From assembly GCA_910577065.1 (NCBI GenBank), contig CAJTLD010000009.1:1-40441 (forward strand): a DNA stretch of 40,441 nt, read 5' to 3'. The notes beneath the pieces were generated by a model, which made no database searches, was not told where the DNA came from, and was given only the letters and a program-made list of their open reading frames with translations. The translations under genes were made by a program, and so were the position numbers. This stretch comes from an uncultured Lachnospiraceae bacterium. Its GTDB lineage: Bacteria > Bacillota > Clostridia > Lachnospirales > Lachnospiraceae. Each line of letters begins with the position of its first letter. Position 1 is the first letter of the stretch. Positions 9,488 through 19,700 of this stretch are shown here, piece by piece.

Positions 9488-9650
9488 AAAAACCTTGCTG
9501 ATATTCAGTTTTCATTTCTGAACCCGCACTATCGTGCGGTTGTCGCAGCATTCGTCAAACAGTCCTGTCTTACCGGCGAATTGCATAAATGCAATCGCCC
9601 GGTCTGCCAGTTCTGCTTTCCTCATTGCCCGCGCAAATCAGCAAGGTTTC
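9488..9650 (-). ncRNA. Candidate structured ncRNA (four-way junction, ~160 nt)
   Basis: 13-bp perfect closing stem (9490-9502/9637-9649), two short hairpins and one long interrupted stem. G-U pairs, purine-rich internal loops and a 3' U5 occur on the minus strand. Confidence 0.5.
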
Positions 9651-9699
9651 CCTATGTGCCATATTGAAATATATAAATCATTCTCTGAATAAGAAAAAG

Positions 9700-9795
9700 T
9701 GTTGCCAAATCGTTGCCAGTCACTAAACCATTTTGTTTGCAACCAGCATAAACACTGGATTTCTCTCATCCTTTGAATTACTCAAATTCAATCGT
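9700..9795. mobile_element. Attachment-site region at the guaA 3' end
   Basis: Tandem GTTGCCA repeats (9701-9707, 9712-9718) resemble integrase arm sites. The element begins right after guaA GAATTTGAGTAA, and guaA 3' ends are established integration targets. The partner att was not seen in the window. Confidence 0.6.
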
Positions 9796-11322
9796 CCCCG
9801 GCGGCTTACTAGTCAAATCATAAAACACCCGATTCACCCCGCCGACTTCATTGATGATCCTCCCCATCACCTTCTGCAGCACCCCAAACGGAATTTCCGC
9901 CGCTTCTGCCGTCATAAAATCCACCGTATTGACAGCCCGAAGCGCCACTGCGTAATCATACGTCCTTTCATCGCCCATCACGCCCACGGATCTCATATCC
10001 GTCAATGCCGCAAAATACTGTCCAATTGTCTGCTCCAGACCCGCGCATGCTATCTCCTCACGAAAAACGGCATCCGCGTCCTGCACAATCCGTACTTTTT
10101 CCGCCGTAACGTCTCCCACAATCCGAACGCCAAGCCCCGGTCCCGGAAACGGCTGGCGAAAAACCAAATACTCTGGAATACCAAGTTCCAGCCCCACCTT
10201 GCGAACCTCATCCTTAAATAGGCTCCGCAGCGGCTCAATAATCTCCTTAAAATCCACACAATCCGGCAAACCTCCGACATTATGATGCGATTTAATCCCC
10301 GCCGATTCACCGCCAAGTCCGCTTTCCACCACATCTGGATAAATCGTTCCCTGTACCAGGAAATCCACGGAGCCGATTTTTTGAGCTTCTTCTTCAAAAA
10401 CACGGATAAACTCCTCGCCGATGATTTTCCTTTTCCGCTCCGGCTCCTTTACCCCTGCCAGTTTCACATAGAACCGTTCCTGTGCGTTGACACGGATAAA
10501 ATTCAGTTCGTAATTCCCCTGCGGGCCAAAAACAGCCTCCACTTCATCTCCTTCGTTTTTCCGTAGAAGGCCGTGATCCACGAAAACGCAGGTAAGCTGG
10601 CTGCCGATCGCCTTAGACAGCATAACCGCAGCCACCGACGAATCCACACCTCCGGAAAGCGCACAAAGCACCCTTCCGTTCCCGACCTTCTTCCTGATTT
10701 CCCGAATGGACTGCTCCACAAAATAATCCATCCGCCAGTTTCCCGCACAGCCGCAGATGCCCCTGACAAAATTACAGAGTATCTTCGTTCCTTCCTGCGT
10801 ATGCAAAACCTCCGGGTGGAACTGAACCGCATAGAGCTGCCGCTTCACATCCTCTGCCGCTGCAACCGGACAGTCTGCCGTATGAGCCGTTACCGAAAAC
10901 CCCGGCGCAGCCTTGGATATATAGTCAAAATGGCTCATCCAGCAAACCGTTGTTTTCGGCACGCCTGAAAATAACGGAGACGTTCCGTCAATCTGCACCT
11001 TCGTTTTCCCGTATTCCCGCACTGGGGCACGCTCCACCCTGCCGCCTAAAAGAAACGACATCAGCTGAGCGCCATAACAAAGCCCCAGTACCGGAATCCC
11101 CAGTTCAAACAATTCCTTCTGGTACGTCGGGGCTTCTTCTTCGTAACAGCTGTTGGGTCCGCCCGTTAAAATAATACCGTTCGGTTTCATTGCCGCAATC
11201 TCCTGCAGCGGGGTACGGTAAGAAAAAATCTCACAATACACATTACATTCCCGCACCCGCCTTGCAACAAGCTGGTTATACTGCCCTCCAAAATCAATTA
11301 CAATTACTTTTTCCTGATCCAT
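9778..11322 (-). CDS. guaA: GMP synthase (glutamine-hydrolysing)
   Basis: [40 protein letters not shown]. Confidence 0.99.
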   Translation of the reverse strand: MDQEKVIVIDFGGQYNQLVARRVRECNVYCEIFSYRTPLQEIAAMKPNGIILTGGPNSCYEEEAPTYQKELFELGIPVLGLCYGAQLMSFLLGGRVERAPVREYGKTKVQIDGTSPLFSGVPKTTVCWMSHFDYISKAAPGFSVTAHTADCPVAAAEDVKRQLYAVQFHPEVLHTQEGTKILCNFVRGICGCAGNWRMDYFVEQSIREIRKKVGNGRVLCALSGGVDSSVAAVMLSKAIGSQLTCVFVDHGLLRKNEGDEVEAVFGPQGNYELNFIRVNAQERFYVKLAGVKEPERKRKIIGEEFIRVFEEEAQKIGSVDFLVQGTIYPDVVESGLGGESAGIKSHHNVGGLPDCVDFKEIIEPLRSLFKDEVRKVGLELGIPEYLVFRQPFPGPGLGVRIVGDVTAEKVRIVQDADAVFREEIACAGLEQTIGQYFAALTDMRSVGVMGDERTYDYAVALRAVNTVDFMTAEAAEIPFGVLQKVMGRIINEVGGVNRVFYDLTSKPPGTIEFE

Positions 11323-11484
11323 GCATCCGTTCCTCCCTGTGGTCTGCCGGCAAAAATCTGCCGGACACTACTTCATATTATAGGTAAGGAACACCGGAAA
11401 AACAAGTTTTATTTTTCAGGCATAGCTTATGACCGGAGCAAACAATTATATTTTCAGCCGATATAAGTACTGCAGCCAAATATG

Positions 11485-12876
11485 TCACCTGCGCGCCTGC
11501 AGTTCCTTCGTATTCTCCTCCACCCGCTTTTTTGACAGGGGATACAACGTTACAAACACAATTGCCACAACCGTATAAATAACCGCGGGAAACAGTGTGG
11601 AAAGCGCATAAATCCCTGCCCGTACGGAATCCGTCTGCGCTGCGGCCAGCGAGTCATAGCCGATTGCCGATAACGCAAACCCGCCAAGGCCGCCGGCAAG
11701 CGCCTGTCCGACTTTTCTGGCGAACGAATAAACTCCGTATATCGTTCCGTCGTCCCGCTGCATGGTCTGTACTTCTTTGTCGTCAATCACGTCCGTTATC
11801 ATTGCCCAGACAGTCATATTAAATAAATACATCCCGCCGATACTGGCTATAAAATTTACGACTATAAACACCCAGACATTTGTCAGCTTCATAAAATACA
11901 ACGCAAAAAACAGGACCGCCGCCACAATACAGCCGCCGCTTGTCAGTTCTTTCCTGCCGAACCATTCCACCAGTTTTCCCGAAATAGCCGCCAGAATCAA
12001 AGCCGCTGGAAGCCCCAGCAAATTGTTAAACGATAATGCCTTTGTATCTTTAAAATAATCCGCAAATAAAAACGTGCTGATGGACTGCCCCATAATCGTC
12101 GCGCAAAGCGTCAGTATGGAAATCAGAATCATCGCCAGAAGCGCCCGGTTTGAAAATACCTGCCCTAATGTTTTGGCGGCTGAGGCGCGCTTTTTCTGCG
12201 AAGCGCTTTTTCTTACCTTTACCCGTTCCGTCACCAGGAAATAGCAAAACAGGTAACAGACAACCGCCAGAATGGAAAATGCCGCCGCCACCAGTGTAAA
12301 CCTTCCGGAAATTACCACCTGGTTGCCCCGATCATCCGTTTCATAAATAAAAAGGGGCGCAATCACGCTGATTGCTACCGCGGCAAACGTCGATCCCAGC
12401 GAACGGTATATGGAAAGCGACTGCCTGTCCCTGGAATGCTCCGAAATCACGGACGCCATAGAGCCATACGGAATATTAATGGAAGTATAAAAAATGGAGC
12501 CCCATAAAAGGTACGTCACAAACATATAAACCGTTTTTACCGTCATGCTTGCGCCCGCCATGACGTCCAGGTACATCAGAAAACTCGAAACCGCTACCGG
12601 AATGCACATACGTATGATCCAAACCCGAAACCTGCCTTTGGGGTTTTCCGGGGAAGAATCTGCAAGCCGCCCCATTCCCACATCGGTAAATGCGTCCACG
12701 CACCTTGCTACAAGAAACAATACGCCCACCATTGCCGGATCAATTCCAAGCACCTTTGTATAAAATATCATCAGATACGTACTTGCAAAAATAAATGTGA
12801 AATCATTTCCGAAGTCTCCAAACATATACCCGATTTTATCCTTAAAACCAAACGGGTTCCTTTTTAAATTTTCCAT
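11485..12876 (-). CDS. MFS glycoside-pentoside-hexuronide (GPH) sugar:cation symporter
   Basis: KIGYMFGDFG, DAFTDVGMGRLAD, GRFRVW, NIPYGS; about 12 hydrophobic segments. Confidence 0.92.
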   Translation of the reverse strand: MENLKRNPFGFKDKIGYMFGDFGNDFTFIFASTYLMIFYTKVLGIDPAMVGVLFLVARCVDAFTDVGMGRLADSSPENPKGRFRVWIIRMCIPVAVSSFLMYLDVMAGASMTVKTVYMFVTYLLWGSIFYTSINIPYGSMASVISEHSRDRQSLSIYRSLGSTFAAVAISVIAPLFIYETDDRGNQVVISGRFTLVAAAFSILAVVCYLFCYFLVTERVKVRKSASQKKRASAAKTLGQVFSNRALLAMILISILTLCATIMGQSISTFLFADYFKDTKALSFNNLLGLPAALILAAISGKLVEWFGRKELTSGGCIVAAVLFFALYFMKLTNVWVFIVVNFIASIGGMYLFNMTVWAMITDVIDDKEVQTMQRDDGTIYGVYSFARKVGQALAGGLGGFALSAIGYDSLAAAQTDSVRAGIYALSTLFPAVIYTVVAIVFVTLYPLSKKRVEENTKELQARR

Positions 12877-12945
12877 CCTTGCTGCCTCCAACTGTAAGTA
12901 TGGCATTAGGATTTCCAATCCTTTTCAAAATATGTAACCGTTTCT

Positions 12946-12988
12946 AAAAAATACAGCGCCGACAGAAAGCCGTTCTGTTAGCGCTGTG
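12946..12988 (-). terminator. spoIIID terminator
   Basis: ACAGCGC(C)GACAGAA/TTCTGTTAGCGCTGT hairpin with a T-run on the minus strand. Confidence 0.6.
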
Positions 12989-12991
12989 CAT

Positions 12992-13246
12992 TTAGATATG
13001 CTGATGCAGGTATTTTTCCCTTGTCGCCATTCCTCCGCGGATATGGCGTTCTGATTTGTTGACTTCCAATACTTTTCTGGCGCAGTTTGCAAGGCCGGGA
13101 TTGATTTGCGGGAGACGCTCCGTTACGTCTTTATGTACCGTGCTCTTGCTAATGCCAAACTGCCTGGCCGTCTGACGCACGGTTGCGTTGTTGTCAATAA
13201 TATATTTTGCTATTTCCATAGCTCTTTCCTCAATATAGCTTTTCAA
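12992..13246 (-). CDS. spoIIID: Sporulation transcription factor SpoIIID
   Basis: YIEERA...ATVRQTARQFGISKSTVHKDVTERL...ERHIRGGMAT. Confidence 0.98.
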   Translation of the reverse strand: MKSYIEERAMEIAKYIIDNNATVRQTARQFGISKSTVHKDVTERLPQINPGLANCARKVLEVNKSERHIRGGMATREKYLHQHI

Positions 13247-13275
13247 AGAAATTCCCCTGCGATACTTGTTTTTAC

Positions 13276-13304
13276 ATTGTATGCAGGGGGATTTTTGTTT
13301 ATGC
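13276..13304 (-). promoter_or_regulatory. Sigma-E promoter of spoIIID
   Basis: GCATAAA-14-CATACAAT matches the sigma-E consensus. Confidence 0.75.
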
Positions 13305-13317
13305 TATGATACGGAAC

Positions 13318-13358
13318 GAAAGGGCGGCAAATCCTCTTGCCGAAAATCTGCCGCCCTT
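13318..13358. terminator. Terminator after the surface-protein cluster
   Basis: AAAGGGCGGCA...TGCCGCCCTTT inverted repeat. Confidence 0.6.
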
Positions 13359-13379
13359 TATGATACCATTATTCACTGC

Positions 13380-15485
13380 CTAAAATTTCTTGTTTATGGT
13401 TTTTTTCTTATATCCTGATTTTTGGATTGTTATTTTAACTTTTCCTTTGATCTTCTTCTTAAACTTAATCTTCACCGCGCCTTTTTTATTAGCCACAGCT
13501 TTTTTAGAGGAAGAGCCTAACATGCTTTTATTTGCTTTTACCGTAACCTTCGCTTTTGGAATCGTGGTAATTTTTAATGTCTTTCCGCTGGCGGTCGCCT
13601 GCGCCGTTTCCACTTTAACCGTATAAGCAGTCCGCACATTTCCCGCTGTTGCCGTAATCGTAACCGTACCCTCTTTCAATCCGGTTACCTTACCCGTATT
13701 TGTTACTTTTGCCACTTTCGGGTTTGAACTGGCATATACCGGCACGACGTTTGTCGCGCCCGATACAGTCGCTTTTTGTGTAAAAGACTGCCCGATTACA
13801 ACTTTTTTCAAAGCTTTTGCAAATGAAAGCGATACCTGGACGGAAGGCGTGGAGCCTCCTCCTTTTACGGCAACCGTTACCTGATACGAAGCCGAAACAT
13901 TTTTAATTTTGGCAGTTATCGTAACCTGGCCGGCCGAAATACCCGTAACCGTACCGTCCGTGGCAACGGATGCGATAGCCGGATTGGAGCTGGTGTAAAC
14001 CGGAATCAAATCCGGGCGCAAATTGCCTGATGTATCCCTAATGGAAGGAATCTGCCTTACCGTTTCACCAGGCAGAATCGTATAACTGCTTCTGGAAAAG
14101 GTAATCGACCTTGGCGAATCGGAAACGACAATATTTACCCTGCCCTGCAGGCCGCTGGTTGCAGTCGCAATGACCGTTACGCTTCCCGCTTTTTTTGCCT
14201 CCATTTCCCCAATGGCGTTAATAGCCAAAATCTGGGTGTTGGAACTCTGCCATACGACAGCGTCCGTTGTATTTGACGGTGAAAGGATGCAGTTTAACCT
14301 TTTTATATCTCCTACTTCCATATACACTGTCGGTTCCGGAAAGCTGACCGACGTACTGAAAACCGCTTCTAACGGTTCTGCCGTCAGACCATTATTCTGC
14401 GCATATTGTTCGGCTGCAGAACCGGGATAGCATTTAATCACAGTAGACTGATCGCATACGCTGCGCCCAATGGTAACCACGCTGTTCGGAATAGTCAGGC
14501 TCTCTAACGCCGCGCAGTTTGCAAACGCAAAGTTACCAATGTCCGTCACACTATTCGGAATATCAACGCTGCCAAGAGAATCGCAGTACCGAAAAGCGCT
14601 GTCTGAAATACCAATCAGTCCATAAGACAAATCCAATGTATTTAAGGACTGGCATTTGTAAAATGACTGGTATCCTATCGCTCTTACATTCGAAGGAAGA
14701 ACAACACGTTCAAGCGCCGTACATTCCAAAAAAGCATAATTATCTATATATATCGCCGCATCTCCTTCCTGCACTACCGCTTCTCTCAAAGATGTGCAGC
14801 CATTGAACAAATAGCTCTCTAACGCAATGTTTGCCCCAATGGTAACACGTTCGAGTTTCTGGCATTCCTGAAATGCCCTGTCATAAAGCGTTATATTTGC
14901 AGGAACTGCGACACTCACAAGACCGCTGCCGCGGAAGCAGCTGGTTCCCAGGCTTGTAATGGAAGCCGGCAGCCTGCATTCCGCCAGGCTGACACAGTCC
15001 CGGAAGGACTGGTATCCAATGCTTTTCAATGCGCTTCCAAAAGAAACTGACGTAAGGGAACTGCAGTTTTGAAACGCCTCCGAATCAATCGACGTAACCG
15101 ACGCCATTCCGTTTACATTCCTTAAGTTCACACAGTTCCTGAAAGCGCCGTTTCCAACGGTCAGAACCGAATCGGGAATGGTGACAGAAAGCAAAAACTC
15201 ATTTCCTTCAAATGCCCGTCTACCAACCGTCGTTACCAAAAGACCGTTGATTGAACCAGGTATGGTTACCTCCGTTTCCGCACCCGTATATTTTGTAATT
15301 GTTATCTGATTGCGGTATACCGTATACTGCCAAAAATTGTATACCGAATCCCCTTTTTGCAAAACGGCAGTCTCCTCATTCTGCAGTTCTGCTGCTTTTA
15401 CCAGTTTTGGATTATAAAACCCGGCTGCAATAAACAGAACGAAAGCTGCCAGCAGGCCCATCTTCATTGTGTACCTTTTATTCAT
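13380..15485 (-). CDS. BspA-like leucine-rich-repeat surface protein with Ig-like (Big_2) domains
   Basis: Signal peptide; TpLRR repeats (LxxVxIPxSVxxIGxxAFxxC); three WxSSN/YxSSNP...GxVTG...GxVTITA domains; Lys-rich tail. Confidence 0.9.
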   Translation of the reverse strand: MNKRYTMKMGLLAAFVLFIAAGFYNPKLVKAAELQNEETAVLQKGDSVYNFWQYTVYRNQITITKYTGAETEVTIPGSINGLLVTTVGRRAFEGNEFLLSVTIPDSVLTVGNGAFRNCVNLRNVNGMASVTSIDSEAFQNCSSLTSVSFGSALKSIGYQSFRDCVSLAECRLPASITSLGTSCFRGSGLVSVAVPANITLYDRAFQECQKLERVTIGANIALESYLFNGCTSLREAVVQEGDAAIYIDNYAFLECTALERVVLPSNVRAIGYQSFYKCQSLNTLDLSYGLIGISDSAFRYCDSLGSVDIPNSVTDIGNFAFANCAALESLTIPNSVVTIGRSVCDQSTVIKCYPGSAAEQYAQNNGLTAEPLEAVFSTSVSFPEPTVYMEVGDIKRLNCILSPSNTTDAVVWQSSNTQILAINAIGEMEAKKAGSVTVIATATSGLQGRVNIVVSDSPRSITFSRSSYTILPGETVRQIPSIRDTSGNLRPDLIPVYTSSNPAIASVATDGTVTGISAGQVTITAKIKNVSASYQVTVAVKGGGSTPSVQVSLSFAKALKKVVIGQSFTQKATVSGATNVVPVYASSNPKVAKVTNTGKVTGLKEGTVTITATAGNVRTAYTVKVETAQATASGKTLKITTIPKAKVTVKANKSMLGSSSKKAVANKKGAVKIKFKKKIKGKVKITIQKSGYKKKTINKKF

Positions 15486-15530
15486 ACCTATTCTTCTCCT
15501 TTTTCCAACATAATTAAGCAGGATTCCATT

Positions 15531-16754
15531 TTACTTTTTCGGTGTTTTGGCAGCGCTGTAGGAACCATACAAATTTTTGCCGTTTGCCCCGTTTAAGTAC
15601 GCCCTGATCTTGTAATAGTATTTTTTGCCGGCCGGATATGAAAGCGTGCATTTCTTTGTCCCGCCTTTTCTAATGGTCTTCACCAGTTTGTATTTCCCGT
15701 TCTTTTTATTGCTGCGGTAAATCTGGTATCCTTTTGCTTTGGTCACTTTCTTCCAGGAAAGCGTTACTTTGGACGTCCCTTTTAATTTTGCGGCCATCCC
15801 TTTTACTTTATCGGGAGCTACTGTTGCGTTTACCACCGCGCTTTCTTCCCCGTAAACCCGGCTGCCGTCCGCCGCCACTTTATATGCGCAGATTTTAAAT
15901 TTATGTGTGGAAGCATATGGGAACAACTTGGAAAACGCGACTACCCCGCCGTCCGAAATCGTTTTGATCTCTTTATACTGCTTTGTTTTGCTGTCATATT
16001 CGTAAATCACATAACCATCCGCGCCGTCTACTTTTGTCCAGGTAAAACGGACTGCTTTATCCCCGTTTTTTACCGCAGCCTTAAATAGTGGTTTGGTAAG
16101 GGTAAACTCCTCCGGCGCAGGCTGTCTATCCGGATCCTTTATCGGCTCTTGCGTTTCGGTTGGGGGTATTTCCGTATCGGGAGGCGGCGCTTCCGTATCA
16201 GGCGGAGGTATTACTATTTCTTTTTTAAGTACTACCGATTTTGTATCTGTAAATGACAATGCTTCCTCAGACACGCTTCCTGCGTCTGCATACCGTACCT
16301 TTGGCTTTCCCGCGTTATCCTCTTCGCCTGCAAATGACACTTCAATTTCATAGGCTTCACTCTCCGGCTGAACCGACAGCGTTCCCAGGTTTACCGTCCC
16401 GTTTTCATCCAGGATTTCCTGATCCCGCTTGCCGGAAAGAATCAAATCCACCAAATAGCCATCTTGTTCTTTGCTGACAGAAGCGTCTTTTACCATACTC
16501 TTTATGGCGCTGTCAAATGCAAAGTCCGGCTCGCCCATACTCCCGCTGCGTAGCGATACGAAAAGCTTTACGCGAAGTGAGGTAACTGCCTGTGATTTTT
16601 CCTCCGGAAGGCTTAACGACACGGCCACATCATTCTTTTCCACCGTAAGGCTGCCGCTGGCATTCTCTGCGGCTGTAACCGTTGCCGGTACAGCCATAAA
16701 AATCAGAAATGCCGTTAAAATATATCTCATCCAGTTTTTCATTGATACCTCCAT
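15531..16754 (-). CDS. Secreted protein: putative cohesin-like domain, Pro/Thr linker, two basic FN3 domains
   Basis: Signal peptide; ~145-aa beta-rich domain ending GTVNLGTLSV; PPPDTEA-PPPDTEI linker; FN3 motifs W.KV..A.GY.IY and YYYKIRAY. ATG overlaps the upstream stop (TAATG at 16754). The cohesin call is inference. Confidence 0.7.
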   Translation of the reverse strand: MEVSMKNWMRYILTAFLIFMAVPATVTAAENASGSLTVEKNDVAVSLSLPEEKSQAVTSLRVKLFVSLRSGSMGEPDFAFDSAIKSMVKDASVSKEQDGYLVDLILSGKRDQEILDENGTVNLGTLSVQPESEAYEIEVSFAGEEDNAGKPKVRYADAGSVSEEALSFTDTKSVVLKKEIVIPPPDTEAPPPDTEIPPTETQEPIKDPDRQPAPEEFTLTKPLFKAAVKNGDKAVRFTWTKVDGADGYVIYEYDSKTKQYKEIKTISDGGVVAFSKLFPYASTHKFKICAYKVAADGSRVYGEESAVVNATVAPDKVKGMAAKLKGTSKVTLSWKKVTKAKGYQIYRSNKKNGKYKLVKTIRKGGTKKCTLSYPAGKKYYYKIRAYLNGANGKNLYGSYSAAKTPKK

Positions 16755-19700
16755 TATTCCGGTATTTTTCCGGTCAGTGTAATTTCCTTTAAATCCGCCA
16801 TACTTGACGGAACCGGAATCACCTTTGAATCGCTGACAATACGTTCCCCTTCTAATGTCAGGGCATTATCTACGCGGTACAGCTCCGCGCGCACACCGCC
16901 GCTTAACTCCTCAAGGGTAGTTTCGTCCCACTGTCCCGGCTCTACATAATATACCCAGGCCCCGTCAGACATCTCTCCTAAATTCCCGTTCTCGGGGTAT
17001 TCGGCAAAAATCAGGTGATATGCATTGACTTCCCCGTCCTTCGCTCCTACGACATTGCCTTCTGTATCATACAAAATTACAACATTATAAGCAGGATTTC
17101 CTTTATACGTTCCGGTAAAAATCAATGAACCTGCCGGTATTACATCCGCGTCCTTATTGCCGTACTTGTAATCTTCGCTCAAAATTCCGATTACCTGCTG
17201 ACCGTTTTCTGTCATAAACTCAATATTGTCTCCCGACGGGCCGCAAAGTTCGATTTCCTGAATGGAAATATTCCCTTTCTGTCCGATCGTAAGCCGGACG
17301 TAACGCGCGTCATACGTACCGATCCAGTTTTCCCGTATCGTACCGTCCTCTGCCAGAGAATCAAACCAGAGCGTTTCTTCTTTGGTTCCAGTCAATCCGG
17401 CATAATTTTCTTTGACCATTGTCCAGTTTGTGCCGTCTGCGCTGACCTCCACATTTACTTTGGCCAGTGCGCTTCCCTGGTACTTAAGAGCGGTAACCTG
17501 CTCTGCCTTATGCATATCCACCGTAATCGTAGCGGTTCCGCTGCTTGTGCCGTTATAGGTTCCGGCTCCCGTCCTGTCATTGTCTATGATACGGTCAATG
17601 CTGTGTACTTTTTTATCTCCGGCTGTCGTACCGTTATCCGGATCTTCTTCGTCCGGGACAATCACAACGTCGTCCTTTGACGTCATCGTCGTTTCCACGG
17701 TCCATGCTGATTTATCCAAAATACCGTCTGTCTGAATCTTCACGGAACCGGCCGTCTTGGCATTGGAATAATTCAAATATTTGTCAACGGCGCGCACTTC
17801 ATATTCCATAACCCTGTTGTTAATGGAGGCGACCGTATCCACATATGTGGCCGAACCGTCCGCCTGCGCCGTAACAAAACCGATTACCTGTGTCTGTTTC
17901 ATACCATCCGAAATCATGCTGCGGCTGATCTCGTAGCCCAAAATCAATTCTGCCGGCCGGTTCGTGCTTGCATGAATCGTCACACGGTTGGATTCATTCG
18001 ACATTGTAGCAGTGGTTATTACGTCTTTTTGTTTTATGCCAGCCGTTTCTTCTTCTGCAAGATGGCTGATGCGGTAATTCCTTGCATCCTCATTGACATA
18101 ATATAACGCTTTTGTTTCCGGCTCTCCATACAGCGCCGCATAGGCTATGGTAGCTTCGTCCGGCGTCATGCCCCAGCGTTCAAAGAACGGAAGGATATTT
18201 TTATTTGCCGCCGCGCAGGCAAGGCGCATCAGATTCTGATCCGAACCGCCGTTTAGCGTAAGCCCGGCCTTGGGCGCTTTTGCCGGATTCCTAGAATAGG
18301 TATCCATCCGGGCAAAGAACAGGTTGTTCAGCTGATCCTCATAATTATCATAAATATGCCTGTCATCCGCCTGGTTATCGTACGCCAGATGAAGCTGCCA
18401 GTATAACGCAAGCTGCGTAAATACGTTGGAAGCGCGTCCCGTTGTACCCGAAGTCACCTTCTTGTATACATTTTCATAGGTATAACGCGTTTTTCCAGTC
18501 AAAAGCTGTGCAAAATAGTTGTTCGTCACTTCCGCAACCGCATAGCTGCCCTGGTTGATGTTGTGCCCGATTTCGTGGGCGATGCCCCAGCCAAGGCCGC
18601 TCCAGTCATTCGGCGCGCTTGCAAGCGGCGTGGAACCCCATTCAATTCCGATATGGTTGCCTGACGCATACATAAAAGCGCCTGAAAACATCCTCATATA
18701 ACGGATATTCAAGTGCTGCGCCGGCAGGGCATTATTTCCGTTCACCGTCCCGGCCGTATCGCTTAAGCCCTTGTGCTGGTAAAACAGCGTCATGGTTTTT
18801 TCCATGGCCTTTAACGCATTGTCTAACTTGGTAACTTTGTCTGCGGCGTTCGCAATTCCTGCCCAAACCTGTGTGGCCGGGACGGAATACATCATTTCCC
18901 GCATCATAATATCCGTTGCGTTTAAAATACAGTTTTGCGGATCATACGCATAATCCACATTTGGCGTGCCTACATGCCGCTCTTCGTGCTCCGACTCGAT
19001 CGAGGCCACGTGCGCTTCTAACTGCTCAACATATGTACGGATAGCGTCGGTACGTTCCGTTCCCGTCTTGCCGTACACGTCAAGTACCGGGATTTCGCTT
19101 CCGCCCGCCACACGGATCACATATTCGTCATTTGCATTGTTTCCGGTATAAGCTATATAATACTGCCCGCCCCGTTCCTGATTCATGGAAGTTATGCTTG
19201 GAGCCGTAAATGAGTTTCTTCCAATCCGAAGATTCGCTCCCTGCGGGGCGACGCCGGCAGCTTCCGCATGCTGCTGCGTCCCGATAAGCCGCAGCCCGTT
19301 TGCCAGTTCACCAATCTTTTTCGTGTTATGCCATACGTAAATTACATAACTCTCGCCTTCGTGAATAGCTCTTCCCAACGGCTGCCACGCATTCAGTCCG
19401 CTAAACCCAAGATGCCCGTCTTTGGAAGCGGTAATCTGGTTATGCACCTTATATGACGGAGACGGATTATCCGATAAAATATTGCGTGCCAAATCCAGTT
19501 CCAGCTTCAATTCAGCATACAGCGGATGCTTCTCACTGCTTACTTCATCGACTGCTTCCAGACGCTTCTCCAGGACTTTTATAGTGGTAGTCCGTACATC
19601 CGGCCTCAATGTGGTATGCATTTCATCCACAAACAGGCCCATAATATCTTCCTCTAACGAATCGTATTTATGGAAATGGATCTCACCGACTTTCATTTTA

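Larger units (their letters stand above)
1..9790. mobile_element. guaA-integrated integrative (probably mobilizable) element, left end outside window
   Basis: int, xis, repressor, mobC-like, tnpV remnant, oriT-like site; cargo at 1-5900 is visibly much more AT-rich than the backbone. Confidence 0.85.

Noticed and set aside
9488..9650. Retron msr-msd (terminal inverted repeat, short hairpins, long hairpin on the plus strand)
   Set aside because: No reverse transcriptase in the window, no gene downstream on the plus strand before att, and no G directly after the 5' arm.
9488..9650. c-di-GMP-II riboswitch or T-box (GCAAUGA start); 37-aa ORF MRKAELADRA... on the minus strand
   Set aside because: Lacks the GGGCAC/GUGC pseudoknot and the T-box GGUGGNACC; no co-oriented downstream gene; the small ORF has no RBS.
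11323..11480. Purine riboswitch upstream of guaA
   Set aside because: Leader after the TATAAT box is short and lacks the conserved aptamer core.
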